From positions 5,456,001 through 5,520,000 of the forward strand of contig CM059433.1 of NCBI GenBank assembly GCA_030390025.1: 64,000 bases of DNA, in the 5' to 3' direction. Under the pieces are notes generated by a model, which saw only the letters and a list, made by a program, of their open reading frames with translations, was not told the origin of the DNA and did no database searches. This DNA is from Squalus acanthias. Its lineage: Eukaryota. Within the stretch, counting starts at the first letter, position 1, and each line of letters begins with the position of its first letter. This document shows positions 12,542-24,457 of the stretch, piece by piece. A program made the translations under genes and the position numbers.

Positions 12542-13447
12542 ATAAAAACAGAAAATGCTGGAAATACTCAGCAGGTCAGGCAGCATCTGTGGAGAGAGAG
12601 AAACAGAGTTAACGTTTCAGGTCGATGACCCTTCGTCGGAACTGGAAAAAGTTGGAGATGGAGCAGGTTTTTAAGCAAGTGTAGGGCAGGGAAAGGGAGG
12701 AGGGGAGGAAAGAATAAAAGGGAAGGTCTGTGATAGGATGGAAGGCAGGAGAGATTAAGAGACAAAAGGGATGATGGTGCAAGGCAAGAGGAGATGGTAA
12801 TGGAACAAGTTAAGAAACAAAAGATGGCTCTAGATGAAGTGTAAATGGCGATGGCAGAATGAAAGACAGCTGCCATGTGGGAGAGAAGAAAAATGGGAAA
12901 AAAAAGATAGGGGCAGAGGTTATGGTCTGAAATTGTTGAACTTGATGTTGAGTCCAGAAGGCTGTAAAGTGCCTAATATAAAGATGAGGTGCTGTTCCTC
13001 GAGCTTACATTGAGCTTCATTGGAACAGTGTAAGAGGCCGAGGACGGTGAGGTCAGAGTGGGAGTGGAGCAGAGAATTAAAGTGACAGGCGACTGGAAGC
13101 TCGGGGTCAGCCTTACGGACTGAACGGAGGTGTTCCGCAAAGCGGTCACCCAATCTGCGTTTGGTCTCCCCAGTGTAGAGGAGACCTGCATCGTGAGCAG
13201 CGAATACAGTATACTAAATTGCAAGAAGTACAAGTAAATTGCTGTTTCACCTGGAAGGAGTGTTTGGGGCCCTGGACTAAGAATTATTGGCTCCAGTTAC
13301 CCCATTTAATTTTGAATGCTGTGCACATTGCTGTACAGGCAATTTAATTAGTTTTAATTAATTATTTCACTCACAAGGGAGGAGGTAAAAGGGCATGTTT
13401 TCTGTTTTTATTTCAGATTTCCAGCATCCGCAGTATTTTGCTTTTGT
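12542..13447 (-). mobile_element. 5'-truncated Penelope-like element (GIY-YIG C-terminus, pLTR, short inverted pLTR tail)
   Basis: ORF 12920-13153 GDRFAEHLRSV..PVACHFN..KLEEQHLIF.LGTLQPSGLN resembles the C-terminal part of Penelope GIY-YIG endonucleases; pLTR 12542-12645; inverted tail ~13398-13447. Confidence 0.9.
12607..12643 (-). ncRNA. Minimal type I hammerhead ribozyme motif (CCGACGA core variant)
   Basis: Minus strand: AGTT CCGACGA A GGGTC ATC GACCT GAAACGTT AACT = stem I, core, stem II, GAAA, palindromic ACGT stem III. Confidence 0.65.
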
Positions 13448-14859
13448 ATTTTATACATATGTTCTATAACTGTATCTGATCCTTGACCGTTTATGTTACC
13501 TTTATTTCTTACCTTGGTCTGACCTTTATTCTCATCTCCTATTTCTTTTATTTTCAGGATTATGTTATTTTCACCAGATCCCTCCCCCCGCCCCCACCCC
13601 CCTTACTAGTTTAAAGTCTTATCCACGGCCCTATTTCTCCTTTTCATTGGGACACTGGTCCCATTCCGGTTTAGGTGGAGCCCGCCCCAACAGTACAGCT
13701 CCTTCCTGTCCCAGTACTGGTTCCAGTGTCCCATAAAATGGAACCCCTCCTTCCCACACCAACCTTTCAGTCACACATTCACTTTCCTGATCTGTCCACC
13801 CCCTCTGCCAATTAGCAAGAGAGTCGGGTAGTAATCCCGAGATTACCACCCGTGAGGTCCTGTTTTTTAATTTTGTTCCTAGCTTCTGATATTTGCTTAG
13901 CAGTATCCCCTCCCTTTTCTTCCTATGTCATTGGTCCTGACATGGACATTGGATCCTCCCCCTCCCTTTTCAAGTTCCTCTCCAGTTTTTCTGAGATATC
14001 CTTTACCCTTGCACCGGGTGGGCAACACACCCTCCTGGACTCTCTGTCACGACCGCAGACGACACTAGCTATTCCCCTAATTATCGAATCATCTATGACG
14101 ATAACTTTTTTATTCTGCTTCTTCCTCCCTTGGACTGCCTCCTGCTCCACAGTGCCATGGTTAGCATTCTGGCCATCCTCCCTGCAGCCGTCAGCCTTAC
14201 CTCACAGGTAGCAAGTACGTTGTACCAGTTGGTTAGGACCAATGCCTTGCGGGACTTCCTTCTCTACCTCTCCTAGGCTCCCCATACCCTGCTGACTGAC
14301 AGTCATATTCTCCCCTTCCTGCACCTGTGCTTTCCTCTGAGGTGTGACTGCACTCTGGAGAAAACTATTCAGATATTTCTCCCCCTCCCTTATGTGTCAG
14401 AGTATCTCTGAGACATTTCATGCAGATTTGGTCATCAGGGCCAGTCTCGCTGTCCACAAACTCCCACATACATTGTCCACAAACTCTAGAATGTATATTT
14501 AATGTTCAAACTCTTGTATCTTAATCTTCATACCAGCTAAAGGGTTGGATGCAGCAGATATTTGTTAAGGGAGTGTTTGTAATGTACATCAATGACTTGA
14601 GTGCAGAAATTCTATGCAAATTTGGTTAAACTCGTAGATGATATCACACTGGAAGGGCAAAGTTGAGTTGGAGCAAGCACTCAAGAATGTACAAAGGGAG
14701 TTAGTTAAAATCTGTAAATAGGCAGAGCAGTGGCAGATTAACATTTATACAGTTAAGTGTAATGTACTGCATATTGGGGGAAATGGTGCTAATTAGCTAA
14801 GGCTGTGGTTGAAAGAGATCTGAGGATAATTATTAGACTCAGCACTTAATTTGTCAAGT

Positions 14860-15594
14860 AAATGTTGGTGTTCAGAGAGATTTGGGCGTCCTAGTGCAAG
14901 AAACACAGAGAGCTAGCATGCAGGTACAGCAAGCAATAAAGAAGGCAAATGGCATGATGGGCTTTATTGCAAAGGGGTTGGAGTATAAGAGTAAGGAAGT
15001 CTTGCTACAATTTTACAGGGCCTTGGTGAGACCACACCTGGAGTACTGTGCACAGTTCTGGTCTCCTTATGTAAGGAAGGATATACTTGCCTTGGAGGCG
15101 GTGCAACGGAGGTTCACTAGATTGATTCCTGAGATGAGAGGGCTGTCCTATGATGAGAGATTGTGTAGAATGGGCCGATACTCTCTGGAGTTTAGAAGAA
15201 TGAGAGGTGATCTCATTGAAACATGTAAGATTCTGAGGGGGATTGAGAGGATAGATGCTGAGAGGTTATTACCCCTGGCTGGAGTGTCTAGAACTAGGGG
15301 GCATAGTCTCAGGATAAGGGGTAGGCCATTTAAGACTGAGATGAGGAGGAATTTCTTCACTCAGAGGGTTGTGAATCTTTGGAATTCTCTGCCCCAGAGG
15401 GCTGTGGCACACTGAGTCGTTGAGTATATTCAAGGCTGAGATCAATAGATTTCTGGACTCTAGGGGAATCAAGGGATATGGAGATCAGGCGGGAAAGTGG
15501 AGTTGAGGTCAATGATCAGCCATGATCTTATTGAGTGGCGGAGCAGGCTCGAGGGGCCGTATAGCCGACTCCTGCTCTTACTTCTTATGTTCTT
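14860..15594 (+). mobile_element. CR1 LINE 3' fragment inserted into an older, heavily decayed CR1-like copy
   Basis: ORF 14882-15415 (LVRPHLEYCAQFWSP, LEFRRMRGDLIET, FFTQRVVNLWNSLP); tail TTCTTATGTTCTTA. Confidence 0.92.
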
Positions 15595-15799
15595 AATGTG
15601 ATGCAACAATCAAAAAAGTGAACAGAACGCATAACTATATTGCTTAATATGGTAACATATAGGGTAGATTTTCTGATTCCTTGCCCGTGGTATGGTACTT
15701 CGCCTGCTACCAGTGAGTATTGGAGAATTGCGGGCATTTACCTGTGATTTTCCGATATGTGCAGTGGCAGATGAAGACATCAAAATTATATCCTTATAA

Positions 15800-16233
15800 G
15801 TCAGAGGATATTGTGTTTAATTGCCTTCATGGTTTTGATCCTCCCCATCGCTGTAATCTTCTCCAGCACTATCGTTCCCCGCACCAGCCCCCCCCCCCCC
15901 GCGCCCCCCCCACCACACACCCCGTAACTGGCCATTCCTGTGACTCTGACCTTTTGTGCATCCCCCACCTCCTTTCACTCCACCATTGGCTGCCGCACCT
16001 CAACCGCCTGCACCTCATGTTCTGGAATTCCCTCCCTAAACTCCTCTGCCTCTGGACAACTCTCTCTTCCTTTACGACCCTTTTTAAAACCCACCTCGTT
16101 GACCAAATGTCTCCTCCTTTGGCTTGGTGTCCATTTTTGTTTGATTACACCTTTGTGAAGTGCCTTGTGATATGTTTCTATGTTAAAGGTGCTATATGAA
16201 TGCAAGTTGTTGTTGCTTTGGTGGTGCTGTTGT
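15800..16233 (+). mobile_element. L2 LINE 3' fragment
   Basis: WNSLP..SSFTTLFKTHL remnant and tail AAAGGTGCTATATGAATGCAAGTTGTTGTTG, like 46142-46975. Confidence 0.75.
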
Positions 16234-16414
16234 TGTGCCAAGATTGTTGTGATCTGGACAGTCTCCACCTTGAAGATTTTAGTCCCGTTTTGGTAACTTA
16301 GATGCAGGGAAATGTTCAAGCATTGGAGGTGTGCAGAAAATAGCTTGATTCCCAATATCAGATGATGGAGCATTGAGGGCAGGTGGGACAAATTGGACTC
16401 ATTACTCTCATTAC

Positions 16415-18613
16415 TAAATAAGACAGTTTCCTAGAACAATATGTCATGGAACCAACCTGGGAACAGGCTATTTTAGATCTTGTTTTGTGTAATGAGGCAG
16501 GGTTAATTAGTAATCTCATAGTAAAGGATCCTCCAGGGAAGAGTGATCATAATATGATAGAATTTCACATTGAGTTTGAGTCTTAAACTTAAATAAAGCC
16601 AATTACATAGGTATGAGAGGTGAGTTGGCTAAGGTAGATTGGGAAATTAGATGAAAAGGTATGACAATAACAACAACTTGTATTGATATAGTGCCTTTAA
16701 CGTAGTAAAGCATCCCAAGGTGCTTCATAGAAGTATTATATTGACAAAAAAATTGTCTGTTTGACAGTAGATAAGCAGTGGCAAACATTTAAAGAAATAT
16801 TCCAAAATTCTCAATGAATATACATTACATTGAGAAATAAAAAATCCACAGGAAAAGTGATCCATCCGTGGCTAACTAAAGAAGTTAAGGATAGTGTTAG
16901 ATTAAAAGAAGCGGCTTATAATGTTGCAAAGAATAGTAGTAAGCCTGAGGATTGGGAGAGCTTTAGAAACCAGCAAAGGATAACTGAAAAATTCATAAGG
17001 GAGAAAATAGAATGAGAGTAAATTAGGAAGAAACATAAAAATAGATTGTAAGAGCTTCTACAAGTATGTAAAAAGGAAGGGAGTAGCAAAAGTAAGCATT
17101 GGTCCCTTAGAGACTGGTACAGGAGAAATTATTATGGGGAACAAGGAAATGGCAGAGACTTCAAACAAATATTTTGTATCTGTCTTCACTGTAGAAGACA
17201 CAAAAAGTATACCAAAAATAGTGGGGAACCAAGGGGCTAATGAGAGTGAGGAACTTAAAGTAATTAATTAGTTGAAAAAAAGTACTTGAAAAACTAATGG
17301 GACTAAAAGCCAACAAATCCCCTGAACCTGATGGCCTACATCCTAGGGTTCTAAAAGAGGTGGCTGCAGAGATAGTGGATGCATTAGTTCTGATCTTCCA
17401 AAATTCCCTAGATTCTGGAATGGTCCCAGCGGATTGGAAGGTAGCAAATGTAACCTCGCTATTCAAGAAAGGAGGGAGAGAGAAAACAGAGAACTACAGG
17501 CTAGTTAGCCTGACGTCAGTCGTCAGGAACATGCTGGAATCCATTATTAAGGAAGTGGTAACATGGCACTTAGAAAATCATAACATGATTAGGCAGAGTC
17601 AACATGATTTTATGAAAGGGAAATCATGTTTGACAAATTTATTAGAGTTTTTTGAGGATGTAACTAGCAGGGTAGATAAAGGGGAACCAGTGGATGTAGT
17701 ATATTTGGATTTCCAAAAGACATTCGATAAGGTATCACATAACAGGTTGTTACACAAGATAAGGGCACATGGGGTTGGGGGTAATGTATTAGCATGGATA
17801 GAGAATTGGTTAACGGATAGAAAATGGAGAGTAGGGATACATGGGTCATTTTCAGGTTGGCAGGCTGTAACTAGTGGGGTGCCGCAAGGATCAGTACTTG
17901 GGCCTCAGCTATTTACAATCTATGTTAATGACTAAGATGAAGGGACCGAGCATAATGTATCCAAGTTTGCTGACAATACAAAGATAGGTGGGACAGTAAG
18001 CTGTGAGGAGGACACACACAGTCGCAAAGGGATGTAGGCAGGTTAAGTGAGTGGGCAATAAGGTGGCAGATGGAGTATAATGTGGGGAAATGTGAGGTTA
18101 TTCACTTTGGTAGGAAGAATAGAAAAACAGAATTTTTTTTAAATGGTGAGAAACTATTAAATGTTGGCGTTCAGAGAGATTTAGGTGTCCTCGTGCAGGA
18201 AACACAGAAAGCTAACATGCAGGTACAGCAAGCAATTAGGAAGGCAAATGGAATGTTGGTCTTTATTGCAAAGGGGTTGGAGCACAAGAGTAAGGAAGTC
18301 TTGCTACAATTGTACAGGGCCTTGGTGAGACCACACATGGAGTACTGTGCACAGTTTTGGTCTCCTTATCTAAGGAAGGATATACTTGCCTTAGAGGCAG
18401 TGCAACAAAGGTTCACTAGATTGATTCCTGCGATGACAGAATTGTCCTATGAGGAGAGATTGAGTAGATTGGGCCAATACCCTCTGGAGTTTAGAAGAAT
18501 GAGAGGTGATCTTATTGAAACATGTAAGATTCTGAGGGGGGTTGACAGGATAGATGCTGAGAGATTGATTCCCTTGGCTGGGGAGTCCAGAACTAGATGT
18601 CATAGTCTCAGGA
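16415..18613 (+). mobile_element. CR1 LINE (APE end, RT, C-terminal region), disrupted
   Basis: ORFs 17297-17935 (KSPEPDG, NYRLVSLTS, YLDFQKTFDKV, GVPQGSVLGP) and 18070-18645; stops between them; small L2-tail insert at ~16665-16750. Confidence 0.93.
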
Positions 18614-19179
18614 AGTCTGAAGGGGGTTCTTATAAAAGTGTATAAGATATTGAATGGGTTAAATTTAGAACACTGCATTTAATGTGCACAATGACAGTAA
18701 GATAAGGGGGCATAGGTTCAAACTGGTGAAAATGATATTTAGATCAGATGTCAGAAAGAATCTCTTTGCACAAAGAGTAATCAACACTTGGAATAGACTT
18801 CCAGTCAGGGTTTTGAGAGAGTAAACCTCTGTTCTTCAAGAGTCAGTTGAATGCTCTGATTGGGGGAACTGCAGGTTTTTCTTTCAGTACGGTGAGCTAA
18901 GATGGGTTAAATGTTCTTCCTTCTCTGTTTTCATCTGCCCTTAGACAGGTATAAAAACTTATTTATCGCTGCTACAGTGATCCCTACCTTTTTCCTGTTT
19001 TTTCCTGCTAATTCTTATTCTCTTCACCAGTATGTTCCTATGATTGCATTTGTGTCATTTTTTTTTCTATTCTCCTCATGAGAGTTTAATCTGCAAGGTT
19101 TGTCTGTTTATTTTTAACCAAGTGACCTTTAAAATTATGAAAGATCATTGCCACTGCATAAAAATTACTTAAATCTAGA

Positions 19180-19800
19180 ATACTGTGGCTACAAGAGGAG
19201 GTCAGAGGCTGGGTATTCTGCGGCAAGTGTCTCATCTCCTGACTCCCCAAAGCCTTTCCACCATCTACAAGACACAAGTCAGGAGTGTGATGAAATACTC
19301 TCCACTTGCCTGGATGAGTGCAGCTCCAACAACACTCAAGAAGCTCGACACCATCCAGGACAAAGCAGCCCGCTTGATTGGCACCCCATCCACCACCTTA
19401 AACATTCACTCCCTCCACCACCGGTGTACCGTGTCTGCAGTGTGTACCATCTCCAAGATGCACTGCAGCAACTCGCCAAGGCTCCTTCGGCAGCACCTCC
19501 CAAACCCGCGACCTCTTCCACCTAGAAGGACAAGGGCAGCAGGCGCATGGGAACACCACTACCTCCAAGTTCCCCTCCAAGTCACACACCATCCTGACTT
19601 TGAAGCATATCGCCGATCCTTCATCGTCGCTGGGTCAAAATCCTGGAACTCCCTCCCTAACAGCACTGTGGGAGTACCATCACCACACGGACTGCAGCGG
19701 TTCAAGAAGGCGGCTCACCACCACCTTCTCAAGGGCAACTAGGGATAGGCAATAAATGCTGACCTTGCCAGCGACGCCCTGATCCCATAAACAAATAAAA
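19180..19800 (+). mobile_element. 3' fragment of a third CR1-group LINE family (possibly L2B-like)
   Basis: YKTQVRSVMKYSPLAW..LDTIQDKAARLI..HSLHHR..WNSLP; tail GGGCAACTAGGGATAGGCAATAAATG + A-rich end; near-identical to 49050-49680. Confidence 0.85.
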
Positions 19801-20741
19801 ACATTTTAAAAAAAATAAATAAAACACACTGCCTGACGGTTATTAAGATTCCAGAGAACATTCAAAGGTTTTTATTTTGGAAAAGGAGTAACTTTCAATA
19901 ACTTACTCCTCTGCCAACTATTCTGAATCATATGATTCTGCATTGCCAAGAACTCCAGTCTGTTACACAACATTTTGTCACCACCAGATGGATACTATTG
20001 CTTCTTCCGACAGTATATTCTGAGAATGATGACATCACCCTGTAGCTAAACATTCGGCTGATAATTAGAACAGACATTTATTATTTTGGGACATGAAGTG
20101 TTTCTTTAATGATCGCACTACTTATTATCTTCCTACGCTTGTGCATGCACAGTGAGGAAAGCTACAGCTCAGTAGATGGATATTTGGAAGGTCTCTGACA
20201 AAGATTTATTAATAATGAAATGATTATCATGTTCGCGAGTGTTATGTTAGGCTGGTATATTTAATATTACACGTGTAAAAACTCAGGAGCCATACCGACA
20301 GGGCGGCTAATGATTTGTGGTATTCTGGAATGTAAATCCGAGCTTTTTACTTGGAGATACTAAGAAGGAAATCAGAGCTTGTGGGGAAAGATTCTACATG
20401 CTGGTTCAACTATGGCCAGCTTTTCTGCTTTATATAAGAATAGTATTTGCCTGTGGTTTGCTGAGCATCCCAGTTTATTTTTTGCAGAACTTCATGTGAC
20501 AGAAATATTCAAATGTGTAGCTTCTTCAATGATGCATTATTTGACAGAAGATATTTGGGAGTAATATATTCACCAAGTACCAGATCTAATAGAATATAAA
20601 GCATATATCTGTATATGAATTCAACATCAAGATCTAATCAGTGACATTGTTGCTGCTCCTATGTGTCTTTGAAAATAAGATAGTATCAGCTGTTGCTGGC
20701 AAATAATTCTTGTATTGGTGTAAAAAAAAATTGTTACTGAA

Positions 20742-21196
20742 GACTTACATTTCTATAGCGCCTTTCACGGCCACCAGATGTCTCAAAGCGCTTTACAGCC
20801 AATGAAGTACTTTTTTGGAGTGTAGTCACTGTTGTAATGTGGGAAACGCGGCAGCCAATTTGCGTACAGCAAGCTCCCACAAACAGCAATGTGATAATGA
20901 CCAGATAATCTGTTTTTGTTATGTTGATTGAGGGATAAATATTGGCCGCTGGACATAACTCCCCTGCTCTTCTTCAAAATAGTGGCCATGGGATCTTTTA
21001 CGGCCACCTGAGAGAGCAGACGGGGCCTCGGTTTAACGTCTCATCCGAAAGACGGCACCTCCGACAGTGCAGCACTCCCTCAGCACTGCACTGGAGTGTC
21101 AGCCTAGCTTTAGGTGCTCAAGTTCCATGGAGTGGGACTTGAACCCACAACCTTCTGACTCAGAGGCAAGTGTGCTACCCACTGAGCCACAGCTGA
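20742..21196 (-). mobile_element. tRNA-derived SINE, SacSINE1/DeuSINE-like
   Basis: Minus-strand head with A box TGGCTCAGTGG and B box GGTTCAAGTCC; central domain shared with 23994-24457; L2-like tail AAAGGCGCTATAGAAATG. Family name is from recall. Confidence 0.85.
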
Positions 21197-21230
21197 TATT
21201 AGTCCATTTAATAATTATATAAGCTTTTAA

Positions 21231-21722
21231 GGGCCGATTTTAGCTCCCAGCAGGAGCTGAGGCAGACGGCAAACGGTCCGGCCCTCCCCAGCATGAGACC
21301 TGGGATATTTAAATTCCCGGGCTTATCTGCATTGACCCAGTCAGTCTTCAGCCCAAACCCGGTGGGAAAGACAAGCTGGCGGTGGGCGGGAGCAAGATTT
21401 CAGGCAGCAGGAGCACTCCTGTTCCTACTGGCCCGCAAGGAAGCAAAAAAAAATGTAACTTACCTCTCTTGGTATCGTCTAGCCCCGACTCCTCTTGCTG
21501 TCAGGACTGACTGGCCCTTGTAGGTCTCAAGTTGAAACTACAGTCGGACCCCGATGATGTCATCAGAGCCTGAGCCGCATATATAAAGAAGGACACTTCT
21601 ACCTCACTTGCTCAAGAGAGCAGGTTAAGGTTGCAACCCGCGGGAAATCAACGGGATCAGTGTGGGTAAGCTGCTACTATCATAGTAACTGCCGGGCAGG
21701 CGGGCAGCGTTAAAAGCGACCC
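21231..21722. mobile_element. Harbinger-type MITE (degenerate)
   Basis: TAA + GGGCCGATTTT ... AAAAGCGACCC; GC-rich island in AT-rich DNA. Confidence 0.65.
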
Positions 21723-21962
21723 TTTATTTTGAATCATAAGCAACTTTTGAATATTTCATTTGTGAGACATCTCTTTCTGAAACATATCTTTTTGCTGAAA
21801 TTTTAAAATTTAGTATAACATAACAGTTTGGTTCCAGGAACCAAAGTAGGTTTCTGGTAAAACTTCAATATCTGGCTCGTCCACCTGTGTTCTTTATAGA
21901 AGAGGTGAAAATCACAAGATCTACAGGCTGAATCGTGCAGATTCACTTGATTTGAACAATTA

Positions 21963-22315
21963 CAGGAAACTCTCGTTTAAACGGCACCTAAATATCCGGA
22001 ATTCTCTAATAACCGGCAGAATTCATACTCCGAAAACTACAGTATACAGTCGTTTATAAGTTTTGTTTTACTGTTAAGTAATTAAAGAGTTATGGATTAC
22101 CCTCAACTGGCATTACTGTACTTAATCAAGCATCTTCCACCATCCACTTAACAACATTCTGTAGGGGAGTACCCAATTATACTGCACATTTCTTGATTTT
22201 TTTATTTTTGTTTGTTAAAAATAGCCTCGGTAGATAACCCTCTCCGTCATCCGGAATTTTTAATCAACCGGCACCATCCCGGTCCCGTCGGTGCCGGATA
22301 CCAAAGAGTTTCCTG
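21963..22315. mobile_element. Tc1/mariner-pogo (Tigger-like) MITE
   Basis: TA flanks on both sides; TIR CAGGAAACTCT / AGAGTTTCCTG extending imperfectly to 26 bp (..CGGCACC). Confidence 0.88.
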
Positions 22316-22546
22316 TACGTGCAGTTAATATGTTTTGGAAGTAACAAGACAATTTTTTTTTAAACTGTGCAATAGGAAGGACACTAGGACCATGCAGACA
22401 ATCACTGATATAGTAGGATTCGGATGAACAAATTCTGCACAGCATGGACATTGCTGACACTCCCTGTCGAGGCTCACATGTGAATAAAGGTCATCTGGGC
22501 AAAGTTTCAGAGGTGACTAGAGCTTTTAGAACCATTCCCCAGCAAC

Positions 22547-22757
22547 AAGAACATAAGAACATAAGAAATAAGAGCAGGAATAGGCCACTTGGCCCCTCGA
22601 GCCTGCTCCGCCATTCAATAAGATCATGGCTGATCTTGAGCTCAAAGCCACTTCCCTGCCCGCTCCCCATAACCCTTCACTCCCTTATCTTGCAAAAATC
22701 TGTCTATCTCCACCTTAAATGTATTTAATGACCCAGTCTTCACTGCTCTCTGGGGCA
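22547..22757 (-). mobile_element. CR1 3' tail fragment
   Basis: (AAGAACAT)n followed by the reverse complement of the CR1 3' UTR seen at ~15420-15594. Confidence 0.85.
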
Positions 22758-23993
22758 TTGAGTAAATGCATTCAGGATAGGAGGGCAGGAAGAAAATTGG
22801 AGGGGAAAGGAAATGGAAAAAAATCATATTGCCATAAGATCAAGTAAAATATCAATTCTACTCAGTCATTTTATTTTGCAATACAGAAATCAAAGGAAAG
22901 ATTTTACTGATACCTGAAAGTAGCCCCCTTATTTTTAATTTATGGCAAAAGTTTGTCAGATACTGGACCATAGACCACCTAGATTTCAAATTCCTCCCCC
23001 AGGCAGAAGTTCCAATATGAAATCTCACTCTTTACAATAATATCAGTGGCTAATTTGGATTTCTGAGATCCTGTAACCCTGTAAATTAACAAAATGTTGC
23101 TAAAGATTTTAATACTAGAGCCTGAAGAATTCAGTCGCCCCGACCTTAACTTGTGGCACGAATCGGGCGGGCAGGAAGCCCCATGACGTGTCGGTGTGAG
23201 ACCTGGGCGATTTTAACTCTTGGGGCTCATTTCCATTTGACCTGCCAGGCTGATCTCTCAGTCGCATTGGGAATCGGGCTGCCTGCCTGCTGTATGCAAT
23301 TTCCAGCGGGATCCCCGAGACCTATTTAAGCGCGAAATGCCCCTCTTAAAGCAAGATTGCAACCCCTGCTTGGATTTATCATTTAACAACTCTGCAAGAT
23401 ATCTTGGCTGCTGAAATTAGAAGAAAGGCTACCCTCTGATGCCTACCTGGAGGTCCTAGTAGACAAAGTCAGGACCAGGAGGGAGGTACTCTTCCACAAC
23501 AACTGCAGGAATATCCCCAAGACCACTGTCAAGCAGGCCTGGACAGAGCTGGCTGATAGGGTCAGTGCCATCAGCAACATCCCCCAGGATCTGGATTCAA
23601 ATGTAGAAAAGTTTCATGACCTCACAAGAGCAGCAAAGGTAAGTACAGCTCTTCATCTCTCTCAACGGCACCTGACAACACATCCTTCACCCCCTTCCCC
23701 ACCACTCTCACCAAAATCCCTCCCTCCATCACATACTTTAGCATATAATGGTATACTGCCATACTCCTCTTTCTCATTTCTCCTTTCCTCTCTTTGCACC
23801 ACACACTGGCACCATTCTCTTCTCATATCCTGCCACTTGCACATCCACCAACTCCTCTCAGCACTGCTTCCTCACTTCACATTTCACACACGGCTTTATG
23901 TTCATCACCTCCCCATCCTCATTCCATCTTGCTTCTTTTACATCGCTCAACACATGCACTATATGCACAAGCCCCGCACATCTCCACTGATGT

Positions 23994-24457
23994 GTCAGCC
24001 ATGGCTCAGTGGGTAGTACTCTTGACTCTGAGTCAGAAGGTTGTGGGGTCTAAGACCCACTCCAGAGACTTGAGCACAGAAAGCTAGGCTGACACTCCAG
24101 TGCAGTACTGAAGGAGTTCTGCACTATCGGAGGTGCTGTCTTTCGGATGAGACATTAAACTGAGGCTCTCTCAGGTGGATGTAAAAGATCCCATTGCACT
24201 ATTTCGAAGAAGAGCAGGGGAGTTCTCCCGGGTGTCTTGGCCAATATTTATCCCTCAATCAACATCACTAAAACAGATTATCTGGTCATTATCACATTGC
24301 TGTTTGTGGGAGCTTGCTGTGTGCAAATTGGCTGCCGCGTTTCCTACATTACAATAGTCACTACACTCCAAAAAAACTTCATTGGCTGTAAAAGGCTTTG
24401 GGACGTCCTGGCATCCTGAGGTCGTGGAAGGCGCTATATAAATGCAAGTCTTTCTTT
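23994..24457 (+). mobile_element. tRNA-derived SINE, SacSINE1/DeuSINE-like
   Basis: Head GCCATGGCTCAGTGGGTAG, same body as 20742-21196, tail GCGCTATATAAATGCAAGTCTTTCTTTCT. Confidence 0.85.

Larger units (their letters stand above)
5900..14470 (-). mobile_element. Long decayed CR1 LINE split by nested insertions
   Basis: 3' tail near 5900; RT fragment 6628-7077 (YLDFQNVFNKVPH, GVPQGS, SKFAD); APE start LNCLYSNVHSIQN at ~12400-12490; SGNH-esterase ORF1 fragment 13923-14150 (VIDDSIIRG, CCPPGARVKDI). Fragments are colinear on -. Confidence 0.85.

Noticed and set aside
20026..20062. ATGATGA..CTGA C/D-box pair
   Set aside because: Only ~35 nt, with no terminal stem.
21125..21196. tRNA gene
   Set aside because: A and B boxes form the head of a SINE and continue into the SINE body; same at 23994.
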